Shown piece after piece: positions 1 to 13,454 of a stretch of DNA of 64,000 nt (positions within the stretch are counted from its first letter, which is position 1; each line of letters opens with the position of its first letter). The DNA is from Eledone cirrhosa (lineage: Eukaryota). The notes below the pieces were generated by a model. It was not told the origin of the DNA. It did no database searches and saw only the letters and a list, made by a program, of their open reading frames with translations. The DNA lies in the NCBI GenBank assembly GCA_964016885.1, contig OZ024743.1:342240001-342304000 (forward strand). The letters run 5' to 3'. Position numbers and translations under genes: made by a program.

Positions 1-316
1 AACAACGTGGTTGAAAAGCCAGCCACTTAATTACATAATTATTCATGTGCCCATGGATATACAACAGCCGAAATTAAAATGCTAAAATAATCTAATTTAA
101 ACATCTTATTTAAAATGTTAAATTAAGTCATATTTTACTATGTATCATGTCCAGCTCATAGTAAAAGCATTGGTATATCTATCGAAGCTAATTCAATATG
201 GTCAATTAATGTCTCTGACAATTTGCGTGCAGTTGAACATTTAGCTTTCAAATTGAATTCAACTTTAATACATCATTTAATTTTTAAAAGGCTCCCTTCA
301 CCTAATTAAATTAAAA

Positions 317-371
<55 letters not shown>

Positions 372-864
372 GTGTGTGTGTGTGTGAATGTGAGTATGTT
401 CCGATGTGTGAGAGACTGTGTGTGTGTACGTATAAATATACATGTACTATATTGAATACACAAATCAAATGTGCTCGAGTTTAACATGATTTATTAATTT
501 TTTTCATAATTCAGATATATATTATTTTAAAACCAAAATTGTGCTAGTCAATTTATTATCCCTGGACTCGTTTCGACTCCGTCTCTCTCTCATCTTCTGA
601 ACAAATGAGATTTATTGACCATGCAGCATGTAAAAGGAGAAGTAGAAACGTTAATGGAATTATAAACTATTCTATCCCGTGACAAATGAGAACATATGAT
701 ATATCATGAACAAGCTGGATCAAAATCGAACACAACTGTGTCTTTATGTTTGAAAGAAATGATGAACGATATATTTATGAAAAGATCAACGGGTCCAATT
801 TTGCCACAAATCAACTTTATTTGCTGGTGAATGGCAAATTGTTCCCGGGGTCGAAACCCGAAAA

Positions 865-918
865 CTTTGGTCAACATGACCGCTTTGGTCAACATGAATG
901 CTTTGGTCAACATGAATA
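865..918. repeat. 18-bp tandem repeat x3
   Basis: CTTTGGTCAACATGA(CCG/ATG/ATA) repeated three times. Confidence 0.9.
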
Positions 919-2314
919 TTGTGGACCAGGGGATTAGGTCTGTAAGTATCCCGAAACTATTTTTATTTGACTGTTGCAATCCTTATAAATCGCTCGATTG
1001 TTATTCACCTATCTGTTCTATAAGGGTGAAGATTTCTTATGAACAAATCAATATGATGTGCTCTGTAGCATGTTCTTACACACATGACTTAGCTTTCGTT
1101 GAGCAATTTATAAAAAAGCTCGATCAGAAAATTGCGTTGGTTTTTGTGCCTCTGCTATTAAATCGACCCAATTCCTCATGGTATGCATGGATGGCTGCTG
1201 GTCTTCCACAAACAGCCTTGCCTGGACTTGTGCCCCGTAGGTGCTAATCCCAAGGTTATCTGTGACCGAAGGGGGTCATTAATCTTTTAATATTTTACAA
1301 ATATATTCCATTTATACTTGATGGTTTACCTAGTGAGTAGATCTAGTCTTTTTGATTGGCAGACCGTAACATACTAAGCAAAGTATTCACTATTATGCGT
1401 ACCATCCATCATAGATGTGTCACGAGGTTGGTGCAGGAACGGGGTTGAATACGTCAATGAAAAAAAGAAGGCCAGATTTCAAATATTCCTTTAATGTAGC
1501 AAGAATCACAATACGTGTTTCTATGACCGACAGGCCCATGTTATCAGCCCATGATGCACATTATATGGTGTAATTCAGGTGTAATTCACATGAACTATTT
1601 AGTGGTTATGTAATCAAATTCTTGATTACAGCAAAATATAAACAAAGAATTGATATACAGGTTGTCCATCGGTCAATGTGACCTATGGCAGGCGGCTTCC
1701 GTGTGCTACAGATTCGAACACGTTATACATTGTTGGTTCGTGATCAAGGAAGGAGGTTGTTTGAGAGTACACATTCTGGTTAGTCGTAAAGCCACTCAGA
1801 TTCAATTATTTGGTGTATTTAACAAGGTCTGGGAGCACCATATAGGCTGGTAAAACCGTACTAGTCCCTGGCCGAAATCCAGCATTGCGTGACGGTGAAT
1901 CTCTTAAAGAGTATACATATTAGTGGTATAACACGTTATAAATGATATAGAATGTGCAAAGATTACAAAAAGGAGGGAACCAGTAGTAAATTCTAAATGA
2001 AAAATAAAGCAATAAAAAGTAAAAAGTTATAAAAAGTGACTAGGTATAATTATAATGTAGTTTAGTTGAACAGTAAACAGTTAATTAGAAAGTAGGTAAT
2101 AGGTTACAACCTATTCGTGTGTATATATAGAGAGTTATATTTAGTTGAAGTTTTTTGGGGGGTGGGGGCGAAATTAATGGTGAGGCCTAAACATGAGCTC
2201 GACCGACCTATCGTTCTCCAGTCCCCGGGGATCCAAGTAAAGGTTCATGCGACCGGGTAAGTTCAATATATGAAAATAAGGTACAATTTCTTGATAATTT
2301 TATTTCTCGCTTTA

Positions 2315-2378
2315 GTTTACAAAATAATCGAATATTATTATTGATATTCGATATATCCCATACGTACATATGTATGTG

Positions 2379-2446
<68 letters not shown>

Positions 2447-2466
2447 GATATATAAATATATATATT

Positions 2467-2532
<66 letters not shown>

Positions 2533-2876
2533 TACGCACACTAACCTTTATGTATCAGCTGTGCTAGGGCGAGAAAAAACAATTCTAATTTATTTTTAAT
2601 TTCCGGCACGATCAGCCGTGACTCGCTCGGTCTGCAAATGGAGCTATTCAGCTGATGTGTACTTAAGAAAATACTATATATTTCCAACCAATCAACGGAC
2701 TGGCAGAGGTATACATTCCTGATGAAGGGTAATGACCCAGAAATATGTTGATTGTTCCTTAATGTCAGTGTTGAACAGAACAAACGGTTGACGATTTGTC
2801 ATCACACAGCTTTAATTTGTTTACAAACGAATCGAGTATTATTATCAATATTCGATATAACCCATACGTAGATATG

Positions 2877-2943
<67 letters not shown>

Positions 2944-3160
2944 ATGTGTGTGTGTATGTGTGTGTGTGTGTGTATATATGTGTATATGTATATATATATA
3001 TGTGTATATATATATATGTATGTGTGTTTATATATACGTGTGTGTGTGTGCGCGCACATGTGTATATGTGTGTATATATATGTGTGTGTTTGTGTACGTA
3101 TGCATACTACGTTTATGTATCAGCTGTGCTAGGGCGACAAATAAAATTATAATTCTATTC
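2315..3160 (+). repeat. Direct tandem duplication, period about 504 bp, with internal (TA)n(TG)n and an HHR motif between the copies
   Basis: GTTTACAAA..AATCGA..TATTCGATAT..CCCATACGTA at 2315 and 2819; TTTATGTATCAGCTGTGCTAGGGCGA at about 2547 and 3112. Confidence 0.8.
2713..2756 (+). ncRNA. Type I hammerhead ribozyme-like motif
   Basis: ACATTC-CTGATGA-A-GGGT(AATG)ACCC-A-GAA-ATATGT-T|GATTGT. Confidence 0.65.
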
Positions 3161-3182
3161 ATATATATATATATATATATAT

Positions 3183-3922
3183 GGCAACATGAATGGAGCT
3201 GTAATTTTTCTCTAAAAATATTTTTTTGCGATTCCGCCCTGCCCGTCTCTTCAATCTTTCTAATTTGTCATTCTTTCTTCTAATGAAGGACTACCGTCCA
3301 ATTAGTTTATGACCCTCTTCCTGCAATTACAAGCGTTATACTAGTATATGCCTTCCATATACTATATCGATCGTGTTGTTATTTCTGTTTACCTTTTACA
3401 TACATATATATGCGTATAAATTCACGACCTAACGAAGTGATACGAATAATCAAATCAAATTATAATCAACTAATTTTATATTAGAACATTCGATTGAATA
3501 TCTATGCAATTATATACAGTTCACCTAGCTTGTGTATCATTAGTCTAGCACATGCAAGCGATAAACTGATAGCAACAATCATAATAGTAATAACAGTAAA
3601 ATCATAAATTAACTACAAATGACTATCTAGATAGTAATAACAAATAGTGTAATGATTAGTTAGAAGTATTTAAACAAAAATTATACAAACACATATACGA
3701 CTAGAAATAAACTTGTCTGGGCTAAAATTTACAAAATGTACGGAAGTGCCACAAAACTTCATATATACATATATAGATATGTCTAAAGACCCTTCGAATG
3801 CCGAGTCGGGTTCGATCTATAACAGATCCTGCGTCTACCTGATCAACGGGGAAACATATGTAATATGTTAATAAATTGTTATTTGATGCAATACTGATTC
3901 CTCGTTCTTTATGGAATAATAT
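3183..3922 (+). mobile_element. About 740-bp non-coding (TA)n-flanked repeat with two HHR-like motifs (copy 1)
   Basis: Same start (GGCAACATGAATGG) and end (TAATATG) as 14571-15308; partial copy at about 40190-40295. Confidence 0.8.
3777..3868 (+). ncRNA. HHR-like motif with G5A core (CTAAAGA)
   Basis: ATATGT-CTAAAGA-CCC..GGG-GAA-ACATATGT-A|ATATGT; same motif at 15162-15253. Confidence 0.5.
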
Positions 3923-3924
3923 GT

Positions 3925-4014
<90 letters not shown>

Positions 4015-4016
<2 letters not shown>

Positions 4017-4950
4017 CGTTTCTGAATTTGTTTCGCAAGATTCTTTATCTGAAAACGTGTGTTGAAACCGATATTGTTATACTTTGGGAGGGTCATGCTC
4101 CCAATAAGAAACACACGCACCAGCTGATTTCACTCCAATTTATTATAAATTTCCGGTTGGTTGGTTGGTTCCACATCCGGATGGTTGGTTGCACAACCGG
4201 ATGGTTTTTCATATATTGTCAAAGTTCTTTCGTCACACATTTTGTGACCTCTTCAGTGACTGGGGATTATTTTCTTTGTTTTGTGCCTCTCCTTTGTTCT
4301 GTACTACGCCATCTTGTTTTTGTGTTTGTTGTGTGTTTAGTTTGCGCATGCGTTACATTCGCGTCTCTGTGTGTGATTTATTTGTTTATTTATTTGTTTA
4401 TTTACATGTTACTAGTTAGTTGTTTGTTCTATGTGTGCGCGTTTTCATTTTTGTATTTAATTGTGATGTTGCTATTCCATTCATGTTTTCTATATAACTT
4501 TGGTTGGAGTTCATTTATGTTTATTGCCTCTGTGATTTGTCGAAACATTGCGTCTTTTCTGTGTGTAGATTTTAATTTTATTTCCATGTTCCTAATTTGC
4601 CCTTATGTCCTATTTTAGCATGTTGATGGAGTACTGATGATTCTTTTTTATCTTGAAGTTCTCGCCAGTGTTAATTTAAGCGTTCCCCTATGCTACAAGC
4701 TGTCACACCTATGTACATTATATTCTTATCTTTACATTGTCCCTCAGTACATATTATGCTATATACTATGTTTCCCAGTTTTACAGTTAATATGGGGGCT
4801 TAGTTTACAGATTATGCATTTCTTATCAATACAGGGAGGTCTTTGAAAGGGGTATGTATTACTAATAAGTATTTTTATGGAGGCACCTGGTCTTTCCACT
4901 ATCTTAATATTAGTTTAATTTTATCTAGGGCCCTTCTAAATTTGTAAGCT
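4015..4950 (-). mobile_element. Naiad-like PLE 3' fragment (decayed GIY-YIG plus 3' UTR/pLTR)
   Basis: Minus strand reads ..ERPGASIKILISNTYPFQRPPCIDKKCIICKLSPHINCK..IVYSIICTEGQC..MYIGVT..; homologous to 63386-63855; ends in (TA)n. Confidence 0.8.
4218..4260 (-). ncRNA. Minimal type I hammerhead ribozyme in Naiad-like 3' UTR
   Basis: GTCA-CTGAAGA-G-GTCACA(AAATG)TGTGAC-GAA-AGAACT-T|TGAC. Confidence 0.8.
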
Positions 4951-5189
4951 ACCGTAGTTCAAACACACATATATATACATATATATATGTGTGTGTGTGT
5001 GTGTATGTGTGTGTGGGGGGGCGGATATCCGTAAAGAAATGGTCAGCATGCAGGGCAGGCGGCGGCCGGCACTGTAGCGTCAGGATAGCGGATGGTGGAG
5101 GCCGAAATAGTCTATTGGAGTACCGAAGAAATATCATTTTTAGAAAGTAGTTCATCGAAGCTGTATAGCAGGGCTATTAAACTGTATGA

Positions 5190-5240
<51 letters not shown>

Positions 5241-5243
<3 letters not shown>

Positions 5244-5449
5244 ATAATAATAGAATTGAAGACTAAAATCCAAAGAGGGCCCGAACGTTACCACGAACCA
5301 AAGTATCGTCTTCCTGTCTTCCTCCGGTTGCAACGTTTTTTGAAATATCCAGTTCTGCGTTTACAGATTGACTTTGTTAGTTTCAGAAGATCCCGTTAAG
5401 GGTGAAAGCAGCGATTCTTTGCTTAAACTTTAATCTGTTATTTTAATAA
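5241..5449. mobile_element. Mini insertion: inverted tail plus partial pLTR of the Penelope family at 16873-19605
   Basis: 5241-5280 is the reverse complement of the tail at about 19556-19600; 5284-5449 matches 19340-19506; (TA)n on both sides. Confidence 0.8.
5379..5429 (+). ncRNA. Type I HHR with U4A core variant (CAGAAGA)
   Basis: AGTTT-CAGAAGA-T-CCC(GTTAA)GGG-T-GAA-AGCA(GCGATTCTT)TGCT-T|AAACT. Confidence 0.7.
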
Positions 5450-5461
5450 ATATATATATAT

Positions 5462-5664
5462 ATAGGAATGAGTAGGATCCCGACAGCTGAGCTAAAGCCG
5501 TTTCGACAGCTAATTATGGACTCAGAGTCCAGAATTAGCCGTCGAAACGGCTTGAGCTCAGCCGTCGGGGTCCTACTCATTCCTATTACCCACTCTATTA
5601 CCCTAAGTATTGAGTACTTTGGTGCGTTATGGTCAACCTGGTTCCTTATCACATTTCCTTCGTT

Positions 5665-5665
<1 letters not shown>
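5462..5665 (+). mobile_element. Fold-back mini element (hairpin 5462-5586 plus about 80-bp tail) with HHR 3' half
   Basis: Near-perfect palindrome centred on 5524; GAA-ACGGC(TTGAGCTCA)GCCGT-C|GGGG; family copies at 5696, 13530, 22660, 31222, 33130. Confidence 0.85.
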
Positions 5666-5695
<30 letters not shown>

Positions 5696-5856
5696 ACGAA
5701 GGAATTGTAGTATGGAACCAGATGGACCATAACGCACCGGAGTACTCTATACTTAGGGTAGTAGAGTGGGTTATAGGAAAAAGTATGACCCCGACGGCAG
5801 AGCTCAAGCCATTTCGACGGCTTGAGCTCTGCCGTCGGTGTCATACTTTTTCCTAT
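5696..5856 (-). mobile_element. Same fold-back family, opposite orientation
   Basis: AACGAAGGAA..GGAACCAGATGGACCATAACGCACC..; terminal hairpin 5774-5856; (TA)n flanks. Confidence 0.85.
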
Positions 5857-5862
5857 ATATAC

Positions 5863-5954
<92 letters not shown>

Positions 5955-6139
5955 TTATTTATATATATATATATATATAAATAAATATACACGGGTGTGT
6001 ATGTTTGTGTATAGAAGATTATATTAATAAAAGGAATTCCAACTTTGTCTGATTTACTCGTTTTATTTACAATCCTTTAAAATGTATAATGGTATTAGAA
6101 TGAAATAGTATGGTAGAATATTAAATGTTAAGTGTTAAT

Positions 6140-6178
6140 TGAACAAGTACTTTCATGCTTTCGCAATCTTCAGGTTCA
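6140..6178 (-). ncRNA. Canonical minimal type I hammerhead ribozyme downstream of a PLE ORF
   Basis: TGAAC-CTGAAGA-T-TGC(GAAA)GCA-T-GAA-AGTACT-T|GTTCA; perfect 5-bp stem I, palindromic stem III. Confidence 0.88.
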
Positions 6179-6534
6179 TATTCTGTGGTGACAGACAAGT
6201 TTGCAATTTTCAACTGTAATGAGATGGGTAAATTTTGTGCCTTATATACAGTGAAAAGCGGCTAAAGGATGCTAAATTTTGCAAACTCTATTTCGACCAA
6301 TCGGTGTGTAGTTTCACTGGATTACTAAAGCTGATTGGTTTAGGCGTCACGGTTGGTTGAGCATGTCTAACGACTACTGTTTGACCCTATCCAAAGCATC
6401 AATTGTTTTGCTATTTTTAGAAATGATGAAAATAGCAATTTCTAGTAATCATCACCATCAGCATCACTTTTATTATTATTATTGTTGTTGTTGTTGTTAG
6501 TGGTGGTAGTCGACATACCCCATTATTATTGTTC

Positions 6535-7272
6535 ATTTAGCTTGGGTTTGAATTTATCAATAAAATTATTTCTTTGATTTTTATCTTGATTTCACTTGGG
6601 CTGTGTAATTTGTAGAATGGAAATATTATAAATATTCACTGACCACATGTTGCTAGATGGTTACTTAGGCGTATCTGGTGGACATTTTGGTCTCTGATTT
6701 GCTGTCGGTGCACCCATGCACGTTCCGATAGTGCATTTCCGGTTTGACCAACATATAGTTCTTCACAATTCGGGCATTTAATGCAGTAAATTAGAATTCT
6801 GCTTTTGCAGTCCATATTTGCATTTGGGAAAATTTTGCCAGTTTTTGTGTTCATATATTGACCGGTGTGTATGGATTGAGCAAAAATTCTCTCAGTTCTG
6901 TTAGCGATTTGTTCCTGGTATTCGTATCTTCTACAATGGTACAAATTATTCTGGCTAGGCAGTATGGGATGTTGCGTTTAGTATGAGGTGGATGGCACGA
7001 CTTAAAATTCAGATATTGATGGGTGTCTGTGTGTTTATAATATATATCCGTCGTAGTGGTGGTGTCGTTTTTGATTACCATTATATATAAGAATGGTAAT
7101 TTGGTCCTACTCATCTCTTTTGTGAATTGGAGAGATGGGTATAGGTTATTCAAGAAGATATTGAACTCATCCAGAGTATCTAGAGATTCTGTCCAGATGA
7201 TGAAACAGTCGTCAAGGCATCTCTTCAAAGATTTTTCAATGTACTTTCTTAAGTCAGTGCTATATTTTTCCT
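6535..7272 (-). pseudogene. Neptune-like PLE RT C-terminus plus GIY-YIG endonuclease, frameshifted and internally deleted
   Basis: RCLDDCFIIW, LPFLYIMV, DIYYKHTDTHQYLNFKSCHP, LIYCIKCPNCEELYVGQTG..HRQQIR. Confidence 0.85.
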
Positions 7273-7679
7273 CAAAGAAAGAAAAAGAAAAAGAGAGAGA
7301 GAGAGAAAAAGATAGAAGAAAAATGAAAAGAGAAAAAAGAAAACAAAAGAAAAAGAAGAAAAAGAAAAAATAATAAATAAATAATAATAAATAAGTTAGA
7401 ATGAAGATGATAAAAAATAAATGAAAACATTGATATGCGTGCGAAGAAAAGTGAACATAATATGATTCTTGAAAATAGTTGTGGTGTTGGTGGTAAACAT
7501 ATAAAGATGTGAAGGTATAAACATGAACAAATTAAATATATATATATACACGTATTGGTTAAATTAATAAATTAATAAATTGGAAGTTATGTTAGAGGTG
7601 AAGAGAATACGATAGGATATAATGTAAGAGGTGAAAGAGATTTAGGGAAAGAGAGTGAAAGAGAGAAAAAGAGCCTCTG

Positions 7680-9530
7680 ACCGCTTGTAAACCTATATTT
7701 AATCCGAAAGATCATAAATACAACATCGAAACTGACCGTGCTATTAGATTAATATGCCCATCGAAATCGGATATAGGTAGAATTAGAAAGTATATACTAG
7801 ATAGAATAATACCACAAATTAAAGACAAACGCATAATTAAGCTTTGGGGTGACACTAACGAAGCAATAGACAATATAGACAATAAGGAAACATCCGACTT
7901 CATATAGCGTGACATCAATGACTACTACTCCTCTATTTCTCCAGTCACCCTAAATAAGGCACTAACCTTTGCGCAGAAAAACTCGGACCTATCCTCTGAT
8001 GAAATTAGAATAATACTAGCTGCTAGAAGAACTATCATTAGGTTCGATAATAGTTACTGGGAAAGAAAAAAACAGACAGAATAACTTTGATATCACTATG
8101 GGATCTAACGACTCAGCTCAAGTAACAGACATGGTTGGAATATATATAGCACATATCTTACATAAGGAATTTGATAACCTCTAGGGAGGAATTTATATAG
8201 ACGATACACTACTTTTAGCTAAAAACTTAAATAATCAAAACCTAGAAAGATTACGTAAAGATTAGAACCTTCTTCAATAAACTAGGCCTAAGCATTACTT
8301 TCGAACTCAACTCTAAAACAAGCTAACTTCTTGGATGTATCACTCAACCTAAACACAGGAGTAATAGAGCACTTCCGTAAAAATAACGAAAATCTAGCCT
8401 ACATTAGTTATAACTCAAACCACCCTCGCTCCATAATTAACTCCATTGCACATAGTAACTCCCTTAGAATTTCACGCTTATCTTCTAACCTAGAGATTTT
8501 TAATGAACACGCGAACTACTACAACATAGCTTTACTTAAGGCAGGCCACAAAGAGAGGGCTCAAATACATACCAGATACAAACAACAACACACTTAATAA
8601 CAATAACACCACCCACACCTATATAAATAACAAATATAGGACTAAACATAGAAATAGACAACGAGCACCAGAAATAAATGAACAGAATACTAATATAGGG
8701 ACCCCTAGGAATTATAGAAAATCCAGAGATAGGAAATACTTATGGTTCAATCCAATATTTAACTCCTCTATAAAAACCAAACTACCTTCTACATTCTTTA
8801 AATTAATTGACAAGCACTTCCCTAAACTTCACAAATACCATAAAATCTTTAATAGAAATACTATCAAACTATCTTACTCTACTGTAACCAACATAGAATC
8901 ACACATACATAAAATTAACTATAACAGAATCTCTAATGAAAATATCCTACAAACAAACACCATAATACCAAATACAAAACACAAACACATAACAACATCA
9001 CAACCACACACACGTCAGAACGCATCACAACAAAACATCAACAAACCCAAATCTCAGCCCATACATAACAACATACAAAACGGCATCGATGAACCGGCAC
9101 GCCTCAAAATGTAACTGTCACTTACCGGATAAGTGTCCACTACAAAATAGATGCCTGGAATCAAATATAGAGTACGTGTGTACTATACATTCAGGCAAGT
9201 TAGCATGGCACTACATAGGTTCTACGGCGGGGGAATAAAAATAAAGATGGTACGTCCACAGACACTCTATAAAGAACCGTAGACTAATGAACATAACAAC
9301 GCTCGCCAATAAAATCTGGCAGATTAAAGATACAAACGAAGAATACTGGATTAGCTGGTCGAAACTGTCAAGAGCAAATGCCTACAGAAATGGAATTCCC
9401 ACTGCGGACTTTGAAATATGGATTTGAACCATATTTTAAAATATGACAAAATGCTGCTTAACAGCAAAATTGAACGGTCAATTTTCTGTAGGCATAAAGC
9501 AGCTACTAAATTCGCTAATTTCAAACTAAC
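7680..9530 (+). pseudogene. Penelope/Poseidon-type PLE RT plus GIY-YIG, decayed
   Basis: DINDYYSSIS, FDITMGSNDSAQVTDMVG, GGIYIDDT, FLDVSLNLNTG, YISYNSNHP, LWFNP, FNRNTIKLSYS, CNC..CPL..C, YIGST; multiple stops and frameshifts. Confidence 0.9.
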
Positions 9531-9605
9531 TTGATCCGACCCAACAATTCCATAATTCAAACTGTACCACCTGAGTCTATTATAATAACCCATTATTATT
9601 ATTAT

Positions 9606-9793
9606 GCGCTGAACTGGCAGTATCGGTAGAGGACCAGACGCCATGCTTTCTAGCATTGTTACGTCCCTTTACGGGCAGAGTTCAAATCCCGTCGAGGTGA
9701 ACTTTGCCTTTCATCCCTACGGGGTCGATAAAATTAAGGTACCAGTAATACACTAGGATAATTTCTAGCTTTGTGCCAAAAGTAGAAACAATT
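9606..9793 (+). mobile_element. tRNA-derived SINE (family A, Meta-domain-like core)
   Basis: TGGCAGTATCGGTAG A-box, GAGTTCAAATCCC B-box, CTTTGCCTTTCATCC..GGGGTCGATAAAAT..GTACCAG core. Confidence 0.8.
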
Positions 9794-10254
9794 ATTTTTA
9801 TTAACTGTAAATAAATCAACTAATCACTGAACCAACATCATAACGTCCTAACTTTTCTTTCTTTCACTGTCTTTCCCTAAATCTATTTCACCTCTTACAT
9901 TATATCCTATCATATTCTCTTCACTTATAACATAACTTCCAATTTATTAATTTATTAATTTAACCAATACATATAATGTATATATTTAGTATTTTCATGT
10001 TTATACCATCACATCTTTATATTTTAACCACCAACACCATAACTATTTTCAACAATCATATTATGTTCACTTTTCTTCGCACACATATACATTTTTTTAT
10101 TTATTTTTTTATCATCTTCATTCTAACTTATTTATTATTATTTATTTATTATTTTTTCTTTTACTTCTTTTTCTTTATCTTTTTTTTCTTGTTCTCTTTT
10201 ATTCTTCTATCTTTTTTTTGTGTACATCCATCCATTCACTCATTCATTTACTGC

Positions 10255-13225
10255 CATTCTACCTTCCTGTGTCTCCCCCTCCATGCAGCTCCTTTTCGTC
10301 TCCATATATATAGGTGTGCTATGCGGCTCGCTTACCAGCACTTTCCCTTCCACCCATACACGCCAGCCACCCACCCCTGATGCCGCTCGGTGCCCCAGAC
10401 CCCGGTCCCACGCCCCATTCCCCACCCTTCCAAATCGACACCTGCACCACTTGCTGCACCACTAACAAACGGAAGAGGAGCCGGAACTGTTTGGGGTGCG
10501 GCTGCGTTGGCTTGACTCGTCGAGCTTCCAATGCCCTCGTAGCGTGGAGGAAAAGGAGCTGCCTCTTCCCCACGTCTTCCCAGCCACGGCCGTCTGGCAC
10601 ACCACCAGATGGGACAGCGAGCTTGCCTGACGCCCGAGCCTCGCTGGTCAACATCGCTCGGCTCAGGCGGCTCCGGAAGATCCCACTCAGGATCCCGAGA
10701 GCGGCACGGGTGCCGGTAGCCGATGCCCTCGCTTCCTCGATTGAGAGCGCCCTGGACTCCAATAGAGACAGTGACTGGGAGCGGCTGTTCTATTTCTCCC
10801 CACTCGCCCTCGGCCTCCCCAGCTCTGGCGCTGACGGCGCAACCGGACAACAGCAGCCTTCGTCAAGGCCAATGTCTCGTCATTTGGGTGAGCGCCCATT
10901 TCAAGCGTGACCAGGGACGCCACACACCCCACCCTCAGGTACCCCCTACCCTCCAGCGCCAAGCGTTTGCGTGACCAGGTAAACGCAAAGCTTATCATGG
11001 GTGATGTCTCGGCCGCAGTCAGAGTTGTTGCCTCAGAGGACGCTGTCCTCCAACCCATCGAGGAGGTCCTGGCTGCTCTGCGCCTCAAACACTCTGATCC
11101 ACCCACTGATCTCAGACCCATACCCCCACCCGATCGCCACTTGCTCCTTGTGGTTACTGATGCAGATATCATGTCCGCCATCAGGTCCTTCCCAGATAGA
11201 AGCTGCGGAGGTGCTGATGGTCTCCGAGCAGGCCACCTCAAGGAGGTGAAATCCCTCTCTCCGCTGAGGCCGGGCGCCGCCTTCTGAGTGCAGTTGTGGC
11301 GCTCACCAATAGGCTCATTCATGGTGCCCTCGACCCTTACGCCCGAGGCTTTTTTTCGGCAAACCTCACCGCTCTCAGGAAGAAAGAGGGTGGCATACGC
11401 CCCATTGCTGTGGACAATGTCTTCCGGAGGCTGGCTGCCAAGGTGATCTGCAAGTCCATCACACACGAACTGGGTGGGGAGTTTAGTCCGGTGCAACTGG
11501 GTTTCGGTGTGTCCGGTGGCTGTGAGGGAGCCGCTCATGCAATCGGGCAATTCTTCAGAAGCTTCCCATCGGTACCGGCATCCAGGTACCTCATTGTCTA
11601 GCTTGACAGGAGGAATGCCTTTAACTCTTTACGCCGGGATCATCTGCTCGAGGCCTGCCTCAGCCGAGCGCTCTCTGCCTACCCGCTGGTCTACCTGTCA
11701 TATGGAGCCCCGAGCATGCTCCTAGCTGCTGATACGGTCATACTCTCGGCTACTGAGCTCCAACAGGGCGACACTTTGGGACCCCACTGTTCGCCCTTGG
11801 TATTGACCACATTGCCCTCTCAACGTTTGGTATCTGGATGATGCTACGTTGGGCGGGCCTGTACAGACGGTCTGCTATGTCCTTCAATCGGTGATTCCGG
11901 CCCTGGTGGGAATCGGCCTCCATGTCAACTCGGCCAAGTCGGCGGTGGTAAAGGTCAGGCTCGATGCTGCGAGCTTTGCAGCCTCCGTCTTCGACGTGCG
12001 GTCCATTCTCCGCCAGGTTCAGGTGACCCCCAAAGATGATATCCTGATCCTCGGGTCACCTTTCCACCCGCCGGAAATCCGCTCCACCATCAGATCCAGG
12101 CTTCAACAGCTCCAGACTCTCACGAGCCGACTGGGCTTTATTGACGGCCACCCAGCTCTCTTTCTGTTGAGGAACTGCTTCGCCATGCCAAAGCTCTTCT
12201 ATACACTCCACAGCGCTCCATGCTACATACACCCAGACATCTCTCCTCGCTGACCTCGATACTTGTATCCGAGCAGCAGCCGAGGGGATATGCAACGTCA
12301 AGTTTGACGACATAGGGTGGCAACAGGCCACTTTACCGGTCAGGTATGGCGGCCTTGGCCTCCGGTCCCCGATCTCACTAGCTTTGCCGGCGTATCTTTC
12401 GTCGGTAACCACGTGCCGCGTCCTCATCAGCAGGGTTCTTCAAAACACAACAGAACCCTCTGTGTTCAGAGAACGTGAGGCCGTCTGTGAGACGTGGGAC
12501 CGGCTGGGAGTTAGCCCAGTAGACGTTCCTCCTCCTTCTCCCCCCTGTTGACGTCAAGTCCCACCAACGCACTGGGAATGACATCCGGTGCATCCTGGCC
12601 TCAGACAGGCTCACGCGCCAGCTCGACAAGCACCGCCTTGCTTGTTTTCGTGCTGCCTCCAAACCCCACAGTGGTGCCTGGCTCCATGCCCTGCCCTCCT
12701 TCTCCACTGGCACGCAGCTAAACAAACATAGCCTGCGAATCGGCGTTTACCTTAGGCTCGGCCTCCGGATCTGCCAGCCACACCAATGTCGCTGCGGTTC
12801 CACCGTGGATCCTTTCGGCCTCCACCCGCTTTCCTGTCCCCACAGTGCCAGCCGTATTCCACGCCATGCTGCCCTCAACGAGGTCATTAAGCATGGCTTG
12901 GACGCTGCAGGCTTCCCTTCCCAGCTCGAGTCGGTGAGGCTGGATCGAGGGGATGGCAAAAGGCCAGATGGCATGACCATCTTCCCGTTCCGCGGTGGCA
13001 AACCCCTCGTCTGGGATGCCACTTGCACCGACACTTTCTGCAGCCGCAACCTGGTGCAGTCTGCAACTGACCCAGGTTCTGCTGCACGTCGGGCTGAGGG
13101 GGCCAAACTCCTCAAATACCGGTCGCTCTCCGACAGGTTTGCGGTTGTTCCCCTGGCAGTGGAGACTTCTGGTGTCCTCGGCCCCATGGCTACCTCCTTA
13201 CTCATCGCGTACCAATACATTAGTT
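10255..13225 (+). mobile_element. CRE-clade non-LTR retrotransposon (RT plus restriction-like endonuclease), disrupted
   Basis: GC-rich block; GGIRPIAV, QLGFGVSGGCEGAAHA, NAFNSLRR, QQGD, WYLDDATL, and C-terminal C-x-C..H..C..RH..KRPDG..VWDATCTDT. Confidence 0.88.
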
Positions 13226-13343
13226 AAATACCATTCTTTCATCTGATATATCTCTAAATTATATTTTGTACAATAATACATTACTTATAATCGTAATTTG
13301 AATTTTCATAGTATATTACAAACGCCGTGTATAATTATAATAA

Positions 13344-13454
13344 GATTTTCTGATGATTTGGTTAAGCATACATTGTATTTAAAATTGAGTGACACGACTT
13401 CCAGTGATTAACAATTTTTAGACAACTTAATCAATGAAACAATTGTTAATACTG
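13344..13454 (+). ncRNA. HHR-like motif with extended stem II
   Basis: CTGATGA-T-TTGGTTAAG..CTTAATCAA-T-GAA-ACAATTGT-T|AATACTG then AATAAA; 3' half repeated at about 16785-16860. Confidence 0.65.

Larger units (their letters stand above)
7295..10218. repeat. Inverted repeat arms (7295-7670 and 9853-10218) flanking the Penelope ORF
   Basis: GATAGGATATAATGTAAGAGGTGAAA versus TTTCACCTCTTACATTATATCCTATC; about 370-bp diverged arms. Confidence 0.85.

Noticed and set aside
865-918. CRISPR-like repeat
   Set aside because: Contiguous tandem repeats with no spacers, eukaryotic context
704-1860. Short ORFs and a possible ancient LINE remnant
   Set aside because: No convincing conserved motif; the repeated peptide comes from an 18-bp tandem repeat
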